Source: Octopus sinensis
Taxonomy: Eukaryota
Reading direction: 5' to 3'
Assembly: GCF_006345805.1 (NCBI RefSeq)
Contig: NC_042998.1
Location: 28,954,001 to 29,018,000, forward strand
Length of the DNA: 64,000 nucleotides
In this document: piece after piece, positions 11,916 to 24,475 of the stretch
How the letters are laid out: each line of letters begins with the position of its first letter
Numbering within the stretch: the first letter of the stretch is position 1
Notes under the pieces: generated by a model
What the model was told of the DNA's origin: nothing
The model's input: the letters and a program-made list of their open reading frames with translations, nothing else
Databases searched by the model: none
Position numbers and translations under genes: made by a program

Positions 11916-12440
11916 ATAATTTAAGTATGTTTATGTGAAATGTTTTTGAGTGCACTCATAAAAGCTCTTATGCTATTTATTCCGGTGATTGCTTATTCTT
12001 CCCATCTTCTAGAGAAAATTTATGGGAAAGTTATTTGTCTGGTGCCAGTAATAACACTAATGCAACTTTAGCTTGAGGAATGAACACATGTATTTACCAT
12101 TTTGTTACCATATTTCTGTTGAGATACTCTGTGTTTCTTTCAGTTACTTTAAATATAACAAAGAATTTAGTATAATAACTTAGTTATCATTCAGCTAGTG
12201 TTAGGAACATAAATTGTGACTAAGGTTTGGTGGAAGATTTTAATTCAAAACTTATGAAAACAAGACATTTGTACTTAGAGCCAGAGCCAGTTTCAACCTG
12301 GTTGGTAACAAAAGGGTTCCGGGTTCTGCCCCGCTGCATGGCAACTTGAGCAAATGTCTTCTACTATAGCCTCGGGTCAAGCCTTGTGAGTATATTTGGT
12401 AGACAGAAACTGAAAGTAGCTTATCGTATATATTTATATA
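11364..12440. repeat. Near-perfect tandem duplication (554-bp period) bounded by (TA)n
   Basis: Units start at 11364 and 11918; only a 1-nt indel seen (GAGGAAATG vs GAGGAATG). Confidence 0.9.
11541..11765 (+). mobile_element. piggyBac-like MITE M1 (~225 bp); duplicate at 12095-12320
   Basis: Family TIR (TTAA)CCCTTTTGTTACCA ... TGGTAACAAAAGGG(TTAA), best seen at 58816-59045. Confidence 0.7.
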
Positions 12441-12680
12441 TATATATATGTGTGTGTGTGTATTCGTGCATCTGTGTTTGTCCTCCAATCATCACTTGAC
12501 GACCGATGCTGGTGTGTTTACATCCCTGTAATTTAGCGGGCTTGACAGAAGAGACTGATAGAATAAGTACTAGGCTTACAAAGAATAAGTCCTGGGGTCA
12601 ATATTTGTTCAGCTAAAGGTGAGGCTCCAGCATGGCCATGGCCATGGTCAATTGACTGAAAGAAATTAAAGAATAAAAGA
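12320..12680 (+). mobile_element. SINE S1 copy (5'-truncated)
   Basis: Homology to 527-934. Confidence 0.8.
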
Positions 12681-12699
12681 ATCATGTGACAATGTTTTA

Positions 12700-13060
12700 A
12701 TTAAAACTGGGGCACCACCTTGAAGGGTTTTAACCAGACAAATCGACCCTAGGAATTATTTTTTAAAGCCTAGTTTTTATTCTGTTGATTTCTTCTCCTG
12801 AACTGCTAGATTTAGGGAGACGTAAACACACCAACATCGGTTATGAAACTGTAATGGGGGACAAACACAGACACAAAGCCACATACACACACACATAAAT
12901 ATGCAATGGACTTTTTTCACATTCCGTCTACCAAATCCACTCACAAGACTTTGGTCGGACTGAGGCTATGGTAGAAAGACACTTGCCCAAGGTGTCACGC
13001 AGTGGAACTGAACCAGAAATCATGTGGTTGAGAAGCAAGCTTCTAACCACACAGTCATCC
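12700..13060 (-). mobile_element. SINE S1 copy, inverted relative to 12320-12680
   Basis: Reverse complement of S1 (AGAAGCAAGCTTCTAACCACACAG at its head). Confidence 0.8.
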
Positions 13061-13254
13061 CTGCATCGGTGAATTACTTCATTTCTCTTATGTAATTATC
13101 TTGTTCTTGGACTACGTGTCTGTTATTGTACTTTTCTCTCTTCCTTAACCAAAACGAATATTTATATCATGGTTCTTCTGGAAACTTTGGAATCAATGTT
13201 ACACATTAAAATGTGTATGTGTGTGTTTGTGTGTGCATAGAATAAGTTAGAATG

Positions 13255-13327
13255 AACACGAAGGAATACGATTTGACAGTTATTTTTTAATCGCTACAAT
13301 AACTGTCAAACCGTATTCCTTCTTGTT
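13255..13327. repeat. Short hairpin, 25-bp arms (24/25), 13-nt loop
   Basis: GAAGGAATACGATTTGACAGTTATT / AATAACTGTCAAACCGTATTCCTTC. Confidence 0.9.
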
Positions 13328-13469
13328 AGCTTTCATTCAATTTTATCTTCACACACGATGAATGCCCAAATCTTGACTTGGAAGTATATCACGATACTGA
13401 CTATTTGAAATTATAAGGGTGAACAAACTCTATACTGTTCTCTGCAACGTTCCTAATGGAATATACCTT

Positions 13470-13520
<51 letters not shown>

Positions 13521-13522
<2 letters not shown>

Positions 13523-13975
13523 TATATAAATTATATATACTAAAACTACTATTATGCAATTCAAGCAATGACAGACATAAACCAAATCATAAATAAAAAA
13601 TAAAATGTATTTTTTAAAACACATAACTAGATCACAAAAAGTACAAAAATGAATAAACAATATATAATAAATAGTATTATATATTATTATATTATATACT
13701 TATAATATATATATCATTATTTATATTATATATATATTATATATATACTTATTATATATTGTTTATTCATTTTTGTATTTTTTGTGATCTAGTTATATGT
13801 TTTAAAAAATATTTTTTATTTATGATTTGTTTTATGTCTGTCATTGTTTGAATTACATAATGATGGTTTTTCTCTAATTTATGTATATTATATATTTATA
13901 TTGTGAAATTTGATTCAATACTAAATTGAATATTTCCCTCTAAGTTTGGAGTTACAATCCCTAATATTTTTATTA
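13521..13975. mobile_element. (TA)n-embedded fold-back element (~115-bp arms); related copy at 52766-52930
   Basis: 13551-13670 vs 13749-13861 inverted; shared 3' end CCCT(C/T)TAAGTTTGGAGTTA..TCCCTA followed by (ATT)n. Confidence 0.75.
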
Positions 13976-13976
13976 T

Positions 13977-14019
<43 letters not shown>

Positions 14020-14901
14020 TAAATAAGGGAAAAATTTAAAATGTTCTTTGCCAATATGCTTTATGAATTTCTGTTAGCTTGGTTTCTTTGTTTCGGCACA
14101 TGGTGTAATAAAACAAGTGTAAATATTTTATGTAGTTAAACGATTTAGCATCTATTTTTCAGCATATTGGTAATAAATTTTTTTTCTTTTTGCCCTTATT
14201 TATAATTGTATAATTTCCCCCTTAAAAAGTATTTTTCATATCCTGGCCACTGAAAAAATTTTTTAATTAAATTTTATCCTTCGTTTTTCTCTCTTTATCT
14301 CTCTTATTCTTTTGCCTCCTCTTCTCCCACTATTCTTCCTTATTACTCTGTCACACTCTCTCCTTCACTCCTCCTCCCTTCCTCACGTGGCTCCCATGTG
14401 ACCATCGGCCATCTTTCTTCTCCTAACTTATGTTTCTTTCTCTCCATTGTAGCTGGAACAAGGAAGACATGTTCATGTTTGTCTCCTTTCCACACTTAAT
14501 TCACACGTTCACCACCACAACCTTGTTTAGGCTTAGCAGCCCTTCCTGTTTGCTTTCACTGACCTGTTTGTGTTACCTATTTTGACCCTCCACAAAAATC
14601 CCAAATTTTATTCAATTTGCTTTGCGGGAACAACTGTTGTATCGAAAGCATATATTGTTGTTAAATGCTCGAAATACGAGACTAGAAAAACAGCCAACAA
14701 CTGATGAAGGGCCGTTATTTATTTTGTTTGTTTTGTTTTCCATTTGTGTCTTTCATTGTTTGAAAGAATAGTTTGTGTTCCATGTACTCAAGCTTCATAT
14801 TCTTTTGTTGTACACGTTTCATGACATCCTGTGCCCACATATGCTTATATATATATATATACATATAGATATAGGTATTACATATGTGTATGTATATATG
14901 C

Positions 14902-14925
<24 letters not shown>

Positions 14926-14932
<7 letters not shown>

Positions 14933-15262
14933 AAATACAATATGGGACAAGAATGCAAAACATCCAGATAGAGGATACAACGAAGACAAGGACGGGTCAT
15001 TCAAAGCTTTCTTTCCTCAGTCGAGTACCAGATTATCTTTGCAGGCCAGCCCCAAGGAAAAAACTAAGCTAAGAGCATTAGATTCCTTGGAAGAAAGCAG
15101 CAAATGTATCCAAAAACAAGGACGGAAAAAAAACAATGTTACACAAATACAATAAAATTAATAACAGGACCTAACAACAGGTGTCTTTCGACTAAGGACG
15201 AATTAAATTAAGCTTGTGTGTGTGGAAATGAAGCCTTACGGCAGGGATACAGCATTTCACAA

Positions 15263-15337
<75 letters not shown>

Positions 15338-15700
15338 GTATATAAAATACAATATGGGACAAGAATGCAAAACATCCAGATAGAGGATACAACGAAGACA
15401 AGGACGGGTCATTCAAAGTTTTCTTTCCTCAGTCGAGTACCAGATTATCTTTGCAGGCCAGCCCCAAGGAAAAAACTAAGCTAAGAGCATTAGATTCTTG
15501 GAAGAAAGCAGCAAATGTATCCAAAAACAAGGACGGAAAAAAAACAATGTTACACAAATACAATAAAATTAATAACAGGACCTAACAACAGGTGTCTTTC
15601 GACTAAGGACGAATTAAATTAAGCTTGTGTGTGTGGAAATGAAGCCTTACGGCAGGGATACAGCATTTCACAAACACACACACACACACACACACCACAC
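14926..15700. repeat. Tandem duplication (412-bp period) bounded by TA/CA microsatellites
   Basis: TAAAATACAATATGGGACAAG at 14931 and 15343; near-identical units. Confidence 0.88.
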
Positions 15701-15709
15701 ACATATATA

Positions 15710-15747
<38 letters not shown>

Positions 15748-16289
15748 GTAATTGCAGGAAGAATAATTTTAACAATAGGAAAAATTAAACAGGTTTTCAA
15801 ATATAGGCATGTGAATGTGTATTTGATTTAAGTTCTTTGTTTGGTTGTTATTAGTAAGAGCATCTTAGTGAAGAAACCAAGCCAAGTTAGATACCGGAGG
15901 TTGATGTAGTCCTCCAAATTTTTTTCTTCTGTCTAATTGTCCAACCCATGCCAGCATTGAAGATGGGCATTAAATAATGATTGATTATGATGCATACACA
16001 CACACACACACACACACACATACATATGTATACATACACATGCACACACACATACACACAGAAGAGTGCATTTCTTAATCTTCCTTAATCCTCACAATAA
16101 GCTTCTTAGGATAATTTTCAGATGGTAGGTATTCACTTCAACGACTGTAATATTTGCTGACATTTCATTTAATTTACTTGTGTAAAGAAAAACATGCCAG
16201 CACTGCTGTCTTGCAAATTCAAATACTTAAGAACCATATACCCATGTACACACACGCATACACGCCACTTATACTTGCTAATACACGTT

Positions 16290-16500
16290 GTTATGTATTG
16301 TACCCCTGCAGCAGAGTGGTGACACTGCAATGAACATGTTGCCTATCAAGTGTGAGTTCTCCAGCTGCCTTGCCACATTTTGTCTAAACACTAAACAGCT
16401 TGTGTTATTGTCCATCCACTATGTTCTTTGCCTCCCTCTTGATCTGCTACCCCCTGCTCTTCCTCCCATGATAATGTTTGCCAAACCTCTACTTCTTTGA
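16290..16500 (-). mobile_element. RTE/BovB-like LINE C-terminal relic
   Basis: Minus strand translates GLANIIMGGRAGGSRSRGRQRT*WMDN, resembling the RTE motif LEK.IM.G..EG.R.RGRQR..W.DN. Confidence 0.6.
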
Positions 16501-16519
16501 ATAGAACCATAACAAAAAG

Positions 16520-16952
16520 GCAGTGAGCTGGCAGAAAGGTTAGCACACTGGGCGAAATGCTTAGCGGTATTTCATCTGTCTTTACGTTCTGAGTTCAAAT
16601 TCTGCCAAGGTCGACTTTGCCTTTCATCCTTTCATGGTCGATAAATTAAGTACCTGTTGCATACTGGGGTTGATCTAATTGACTGGTTCTCTCCTGCAAA
16701 ATTTCAGGCCTTGTACCTAGAGTAGAAAAGATTAAAGGTTGCAAGCTGGCAGAATCATTAGCACACTGGGCAAAATGCTTAGTGGTATTTCATCTGTCTT
16801 TACACTCTGAGTTCAAATTCTTCTACCAAGGTCGACTTTACTTTTCATCCTTTTGGGGTCGATAAATTAAGTACTAGTTGCATACTGGGGTCAATCTAAA
16901 TGACTGGCTCCCTTCCCAGAAATTTTGGTCCTTGCACCTAGGGTAGAAAAGA
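16520..16952 (+). mobile_element. Two tandem SINE S2 copies
   Basis: Heads GGCAGTGAGCTGGCAGAA (16520) and GCAAGCTGGCAGAA (16740); tails CCTAG(A/G)GTAGAAAAG. Confidence 0.85.
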
Positions 16953-17299
16953 ATATATGTAACTCCTACTGTTCAGTGCCTTTTTCTTTTGTTTTTTCTA
17001 TTCATGTACCTGTATGTGTGTGTATATAGCTGATGTCATAAAAATTTATAAAGTTTGGGAGAATGTGAAATAATTATATTTTGGAACAGTGAATCTCAAA
17101 GCAGATGATAAGGCTGTAGAAAATAGCATGTAAATGTTTGGGCAAAAGCCTCTTTTAGATAGTAAAAGCTGAAGGCTGCCCATGGGAGCTGAACTCATAT
17201 CACTTGTAGACAGGGTTCTTCTGTATACTGACCAATGGAATGTATATAAGTTGATGGTTTTCCTTATACACTGGTGCTGGTATCACATAAAAAAAACAA

Positions 17300-17490
17300 A
17301 AAAACATCCAGTATACTCTATAAATTGGTTGGCATTAGGAAGGGCATCCAGTTGTAGAAACCATGTCAAAACAGACAATTGGAGCCTGGTGCAGCCCTCT
17401 GGCTTGCTAGCTGCTAGCAAACCATCCAACCCATGCAAGCAGGGAAAACAGATATTAGATTACGATGATGATGATGGTGATGATAAAGAT
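17300..17490 (+). mobile_element. Family S3 copy
   Basis: GGCATTAGGAAGGGCATCCAG core and GAT tail. Confidence 0.8.
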
Positions 17491-18010
17491 AATGATTATT
17501 ATTATTATTTACATATAATCTTGTAGTTAAACTGAAAATCCTGTTAGCAAATAACAGCACCTGGAATAAAATCATTTAACTACTACATCCTAAATCACAC
17601 AGATTTTTAACATTAAACTTTTACTATTGCATAATGGGTTAGGTTCACATTTCATGTACCTGCTAGCATTGGAAACTAACTAAACATTAACAAAGCAGAC
17701 GAACAAAGCTCTAATTAATTATACTGTACTTGGTTTTATTTTTCTTCCTCCCACTTTCTCTAAGCTGTTAAACTAAACTGTCCAATGATGGTTATTTATA
17801 GTTGGGCCATAGGCTGGACCAGGGTTACTGGAGTGCATTGGTCATTGATACAGTCATGCACTGATGAGGAAACACAGACTCTTTCATTCTCCAGCTGTCA
17901 ACCCAACTGGATGCAATTCTCATAAATGTAATTTATGACCACACACTTACCCATACACATTCATACACCCACCTCACAGACGAATACACAAATTCACCCC
18001 TGCCACACGC

Positions 18011-18041
<31 letters not shown>

Positions 18042-18194
18042 TACTGACTTTCATGCATGTTTAAAATTTTAAGCCATTACTTATTTTTAGAAGGTATTTT
18101 TTTGTATGATTTTCATCTTATCCTAATCAGTTGGGAGCCAAGCAAAGAATGGTGATTACTTTATTTATTTTATAATTATGGGAGGATGTGTTTC

Positions 18195-18870
18195 ATTTAC
18201 ATTTGATGATATTTGTCCTCATCTTGTTTGAGGAATTATGTACATTATTTACATTTGACGGATATTTGTCCTCATCTTGTTTGTTGTTAACACAACGTTT
18301 CGGCTGATATAACCTCCAGCCTTCATCAGGTGTCTTGGGGGGGAAATTAAAGATGAGCTAGTTTTTGATTGAGTTTCTCTATATGTTTCCATTGAAGTAT
18401 AATGTTGGCTCCATACTGATTAGATAATACAGTTCTATATTTAAGAGATGAGGAATTATGTACATTATTTACATTTGATGGATATTTGTCCTCATCTTGT
18501 TTGTTGTTAACACAACGTTTTGGCTGATATAACCTCCAGACTTCATCAGGTGTCTTGGGGAAATTTTGAACCTGGGTTCCCATTCCTAAGGTATTCTTCG
18601 ATGTTGTTGTTATTATTGATACATATATATATATATATATATATGATTTACATTTGACAGATATTTGTCCTCATCTTATTTGTTGTTAACACAACGTTCT
18701 AGCTGATATACCTTCCAGCCTTCATGTCATGGGGAAATTAAAGTCGAACTAGTTTTTGATGGAGTTTCTCTATATGTCTTCAATGAAGTCTAATGTCGGC
18801 ACCATACTGATTAGATAATACAGTTCTATATTCAATGGGTTTCATAGCTTAATGTACCAACTAATGATCA
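18195..18870 (-). mobile_element. Penelope-like family A tandem partial copies (pLTR plus ORF start) carrying three hammerhead motifs
   Basis: Repeated ACATTTGACGGATATTTGTCCTCATCTTG unit; minus strand reads LKYRTVLSNQYGANIILQWKHIEKLNQKLAHL, resembling a PLE ORF N-terminus (inference). Confidence 0.75.
18289..18334 (-). ncRNA. Minimal type I hammerhead ribozyme with intact core (dimer type)
   Basis: Minus strand: stem I GACAC/GUGUU; CUGAUGA; extra A; stem II GGCUG/CAGCC; GAAA; palindromic ACGU stem III; GUU cleavage triplet. Confidence 0.75.
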
Positions 18871-19014
18871 CCAGTTAGCATGATATATGAAAGTTGGCAT
18901 TAAGACATCATGTGACATTCACTACTTGTGATATGGTCTTTGCTGTTGCTGTTTAGCCCCAGGTCAGCCTTAAATGTGTATGCCTATAATTAAAAGCTTT
19001 CTGTTGTGTTTGGG

Positions 19015-19192
19015 AAGAGTTATTCTCTTTCAGTGCCTTATTACTCAACACACTCACTGGTAAAATTTCCACTCGTTTACTTATTTATTTTTCTAAAATT
19101 TTCGTTGCCTCTTGCAAAATAAATAAATAAATGAATGGAAATTTTACCGGTGAGTGTGTTAAATTATACGGGACTAAAAGAAAATGACTATC
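19015..19192. mobile_element. Small fold-back MITE
   Basis: AACACACTCACTGGTAAAATTTCCAC.. vs ..TGGAAATTTTACCGGTGAGTGTGTT (36/40 over the core). Confidence 0.75.
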
Positions 19193-19324
19193 CCCAGACA
19201 CAACAGAATATGCTTCAACACAAGAATTCATATAAAGAATCTTGCAAACCAAATCCAAAAACGAAATAAAAGCCTTCTAATAATGGCCATCCAGTTTTTC
19301 TTTTGTGCCTTGTATATCTAGGTT

Positions 19325-20180
19325 TACTATGCTGGTGCCATGTAAGAAGCACCCTGTACACTCTGTGAAGCGGTTGGTGATTAGAATGGCATCTAGCCAT
19401 ACAAACCTTACCAAAATAGACAATTGGAATCAGGTGCAGTGTTCCTACTTGCCAGCTTCTGTCAGACTGTCCAACCCATGCCAGCATAGGAAACTGATGT
19501 TAAATGATGATGATGAAGATGGATTTCTTTTTTAAGTCAAAATGGTGTGGTTTGCAGAATATTTGTCTCCTATTTTTATCAGGCCCATGAAACATGTAAA
19601 GTTTACCTTGTTGCTTTGAAGGTCTGTGTTTATGATATTTGGTGTTAGCAATCCAGTATTTTAAATGACCATCTGATTTTGGTTTTGTAATCTAGAATCT
19701 TAATTTGTGACCAATGAATGAACCCTTAATCTTTTGAACCACTAAAATTACCAAATATTAAATACTCTATTTACTTGGGGATAAGTTTTATATATTGTAC
19801 TACAAAATGTATTGGTATGTATGATCTCCATACTGGTGGCAAGTAAAAAGCACCATTCAAACGTAATCGTTACCAGCGTTGCTTTACTGGCACTTGTGCT
19901 GGTGACATGTGAAAACAATTTGAGTGAGGTCATTGCCAGTGCAGGTGGCACGTAAAAAAACACCACTTGAGAGTAGCCATTGCCAGTACCGCCTGACTGG
20001 CCCTCTTGCTGGTGGCACATAAAAGCACCCACTATACTCTCGGAGTGGTTGGCATTAGGAAAGGCATCCAGCTGTAGAAACTCTGCCAGATCTGATTGGA
20101 GCCTGGTGCAGCCATCTGGCTCACCAGTCCCTAGTCAAACCGTCCAACCCATGCCGTATGGAAAGCAGACATTAAACATT
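19325..20180 (+). mobile_element. Two family S3 copies (19325-19520; 19825-20180 with about 4 tandem units)
   Basis: Core and tandem units present. Confidence 0.78.
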
Positions 20181-21129
20181 GTGTTCTCATTGCTCCAGTC
20201 CACTCAGCTGGCAAACAGGACCAACCCTGTGATGGACTGTTGTCCTGTCCAGTGGGGAATATATGTGCCATGGAAACCAGGAATCTGGCTCTATGAGTCT
20301 CTGTGACTCAGGAAGGGTTTTTATCTTATCATATCCCATCTATCAGTGCTGACTGGGTTAAACAACAGTTATAACTTCATCTTAGAGATAAGTGAACTCA
20401 GCCAGTCTCCTGGACTTGAACTCAATGCAGCACCAATAAAAATCTGCATACTATCACCGTTACTCACTCTCATCTGTCTATTTTACTTTTTGCCCCATCA
20501 CCTTGGCTGTATGAAGACCTTTTCAGTTTTACAGCTTGTCATATCCAATAAGGTTTGTTTTGTCATTCAAACTATCATTTATGTTATTTTGTAATAAAAT
20601 ATTCAGTCACGAATAACATTCTATAAAATTTCAACACATTTATATTGTTTTTCATTCAAAATTATATATATTTTGTTATTATTTTCCCTAATATTTAAAA
20701 CATTAATTTATTATATTTATCTTTCTGTATGGCTTTGGAAAAAAAAACAAAAAAAAACAAAAACAAGCAAAATACATGGTTCCTACTTAAATATCAGACT
20801 TATTGTTTTTCATATTTAATATCATTATTGATTTCTACAAGTAATGAGATTTGTACAACAGAGGGTTGGTTGTTGCTGTTAGTAATGCCACTGATATTGT
20901 TGTTGTGTTGGACACTATAATCTTATTATTTAAAGCAATTAAAAAAATAGCATACATTTTCTTAGCTTCAACTACAGCCACCCACACATGCACACACTGA
21001 AGATATTTTGACTGCTTAGATTAAGACTTACTGGGATATATGATGACATATAAAGCTGTAATAGAAATTGTCAATAGAAGGCACTGGATAAGACAAAATC
21101 TGTGCTGTACACACACACAATACATACAC

Positions 21130-21350
21130 ATCATCATCATTTAATATCTGCTTTCCATGCTGGCATGGGTTGGACGGTTTGACCATGGCTGGTAAGCTGG
21201 AAGGCTGCACCAGACTCCAATCTGATTTGGCATGGTTTTCTATGGCCTGATGCCCTTCCTAATGCCAACCACTCTGAGAGTGTAATGGGTTCTTTTTACG
21301 TGCCACCGGCACAGGTACCATTTGCATAGCACCGATATCTACCATGACTG
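21130..21350 (-). mobile_element. Family S3 copy
   Basis: CATCATCATTTAATATCTGCTTTCCATGCTGGCATGGGTTGG. Confidence 0.8.
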
Positions 21351-22219
21351 TGGTTTTACTTAGCTTGATAGTGATGATAATAATTATGACAATAATGATG
21401 GGGATGATGATGATGGGGATGATGATGATGGTGATGATGTTGATGATGGTGGTGATGATGATGATGAAACAGCTTAAACCTTTAAATTTGCAGATAAGGA
21501 TCATTGTCAAATGAAGGTGTTTTTCCTGTGGTATACTCGTGTGTGATCCCATTGATTTATCGAACATATGCAATGATAATAGAGGAGTATCTTATTAGTC
21601 TAAGTGAAAATACATGAAATAGTAGCCTGGTGTAAACATAATAACAAATTACACCAAACACCTTATACAAAAATAAATCTTTCATGATTTGCAATAAAGA
21701 AAACAGAAGCATGATTTGTGGGACTACATGATACGAAGGTGCCTCTTAATGTGTAAACAGCACTTAATAACAAGTAGGGAATCAGTTGCTGCCTTATGTG
21801 GCATATGCTGCAGAAAATTAACAAATGGCTTGTCTATGCACATTCGTGTTCATTTTTCTATTTGTCATTTGCAAAACGCTTTAGGGATGAATATGAATTG
21901 AAATCAAAAGACCATAAATCATACCGATATTACAATAAATGAAATGTCTTGTGTAAATGTATTCAGAAAGTTGTCTTACAACACCTGTTGAAATCTCTAT
22001 CAACATTTCTCCTTTGTCTAATATGCAGACGTTTTGTATATCCAATGTCTTAGATAAAATGATGGATGACAAATTATAACTTGGTTATTTATAACACGTC
22101 TTGTCAGAAATTTATAACTTTTGACTTATTGTAATTCTAGACCAGTTATTAGCATGTTTTTTTATTTGCTTATTTGTTTGTGAGAGCTGCAATGCTGTAT
22201 GGGAGTGAGATATGATGTT

Positions 22220-22269
<50 letters not shown>

Positions 22270-22280
22270 AGTGGAAATTT

Positions 22281-22620
22281 TGAGAAGGACTGAGGACTTG
22301 GTGGAGATGCTGGGGTTGGAGGAATTGGTGGAATGACTAGCAAGGGCGAATGGAGTGCAGTGGTATGGGCATGTGTTGAGGGAGGGATGAGGAGCATGTT
22401 CTGAAGAAGGTACTAGAGTTTGAGGTGAATGGATGGCGAAAGCGAGGTAGACCAAGGAAAATGTGGAGAAGGAGATTGGGAGGGTTGGCTTGAGAATGGA
22501 GGATGCCCAGAACTGGGTGAGATGGTCTGAGGGTGGTTGCCATGGCAGTGAGGTCGATCCTTCCATCTGTTAATGGGGACAAAACTTGGATTCAAAATGA
22601 TGGATGGATTTATATTTAAT
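22281..22620 (+). mobile_element. RTE-clade LINE 3' fragment (pseudogenised)
   Basis: DLVEMLGLEELVE*LARANGVQWYGHVLR / DEEHVLKKVLEFEVNGWRKRGRPRKMW, the typical RTE WYGHV.R...RGRP..W C-terminus; ends in a GATG tail. Confidence 0.85.
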
Positions 22621-22882
22621 TTGGTAAACAATGCTGGCTTTAGTTACAGGCTTCCTATGACCCAATCACTATTTCACTGTGTTTCTGCCAAAGAGACAGA
22701 CAGACTCATAATGTGTTTCTGTTACTCAGTGCTAAGTAAATACTGTGTGATGCATCACTCAGCAAACACTGATTTATTTGGGTTCCTTTTTTTATTTATT
22801 TTCCTTCCCAATTTTTATTTTTTTTTTTTGCCAATTGACATCCATGTAGCGTATAGAAGCAACACGCTTATATGTATGCAAG

Positions 22883-23090
22883 GCAGTGAGCTGGCAGAAA
22901 CATTAGCACACCGGGTGAAATGTTTAGCAGTATTTCGTCTGCGCCTACATTCTGAGTTCAAATTCTGCCAAGATGGACTTTTTGCCTTTCATCCTTTCCG
23001 GGTCAATGAAATAAGTACCAGTTGAGTACTGGGGTTAATGTAATCAGCTAACACCCTCTCTCAAAATTTCAGGCCTTGTGCCTATTGTTG
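22883..23090 (+). mobile_element. SINE S2 copy
   Basis: GGCAGTGAGCTGGCAGAAACATTAGCAC head and central domain. Confidence 0.85.
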
Positions 23091-24247
23091 AAAGCTGAAT
23101 ATATCTATTATCTGATTAAATTCTTTTACACCAACATTTCCTGGGACCGTATTTCATGCAGTTGATTTGATTTATTCTACAACTTATATCTGTAATGAGA
23201 AAATAGTTCCTGTATTTTCCCCGACTAGTTGTCAGCTGAGTGTGTGACATGCATACAATAACTATATTTTCAATGTATATTACGTGCATTGTATTTTAAA
23301 TCTTCTGTGTCACCTAACTCACTATCATAATTTATCCTTCACATTATATGCTTTTAGATAACGTAAAGTATCTCATCTGCTTCACTAATGCAAATCCTGT
23401 AAAAGTCAACTGTCATTGTTCTTGGATTAAGAAAATCGACTCTCTTGTAGTTATTGTTAAGTCTGTCTGTTTTATTAAAACCTTTGGTATGGAATTAGAT
23501 GATAGAAGAATTCTTCAGTTAGATATTCTAACCATGGCCATGACATTTATATCCTAAGATATGCTGTCCTCAGATAATAGCACTCTATATGCATAGCAAA
23601 TATCTTATAGGCAATAGGTAATTTGTTAGAGAAAATTTACTTCTTATCTTGAGCAGATAAAGCATCTTCATAAATGTTACTAGCTCAAACCTAGTAATAA
23701 GCTAGTAGTTAACAGAGTAAATGTACTTTAATAAATTGTATTTCAATTGTTTTTTGTAACGAAAATGTAAATACATATATGAGTGTAGCATGTAGTGTGT
23801 ATGCATGAATGCATATATATATATATATATATATACATGTATATATGCTTCTAATATAGGATAAAATGTTTTTCAAAAATTTTCTCAAGTGGCCAGCATA
23901 TATTTATAGTGATGTATATTGTATGTAGTGATTGACGATTTAAAGTCTATTTCTCAGCATATTGGCATAGAAATTTTTTTCTTTTGCTCTTATTTATAAT
24001 TGTATACACACACACACACATATATAAAGGATTTCGATAATCCTATCAGGTGGTGTTATTAAGTTAGACATGGCCTGGATCAATCTTTGGTCGAAACATA
24101 TCTATGTGTGTGTGTGTGTGTCTGTGTGTGTGTATGTGTGTGTATGAGTGGTCAAGCAGGAGAAAAAGGGACTCAAACACATTTATTGAGAGTTACATAT
24201 GGAGCTGAATCAAATTGTTTTAAATAATAATAATAATAATATCAATA

Positions 24248-24278
<31 letters not shown>

Positions 24279-24435
24279 CACACACATATATATATACATA
24301 TTTATATATATATATATACTGTTATGCTTGTTCTAACTTGCTTAATCATTTAGTTTTGGTGCAAAAACAAAACCTGCTGAAAACTAGCTTTAACCTCTTG
24401 CCTGACTAAATCAATTAAGTTAGAAAATAGATTTC

Positions 24436-24475
<40 letters not shown>

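Noticed and set aside
14690-14720. AACAACTGATGAAGGG possible hammerhead 5' half
   Set aside because: Truncated; no stem II partner or GAAAC follows.
14985-15030. Minus-strand CTGAGGA...GAATGACCCGTC
   Set aside because: GAAU instead of GAAA and no stem I pairing; not a hammerhead.
17855-17885. CTGATGAGGAAAC hammerhead-like string
   Set aside because: No room for stem II between CUGAUGA and GAAAC, and no stem I partner.
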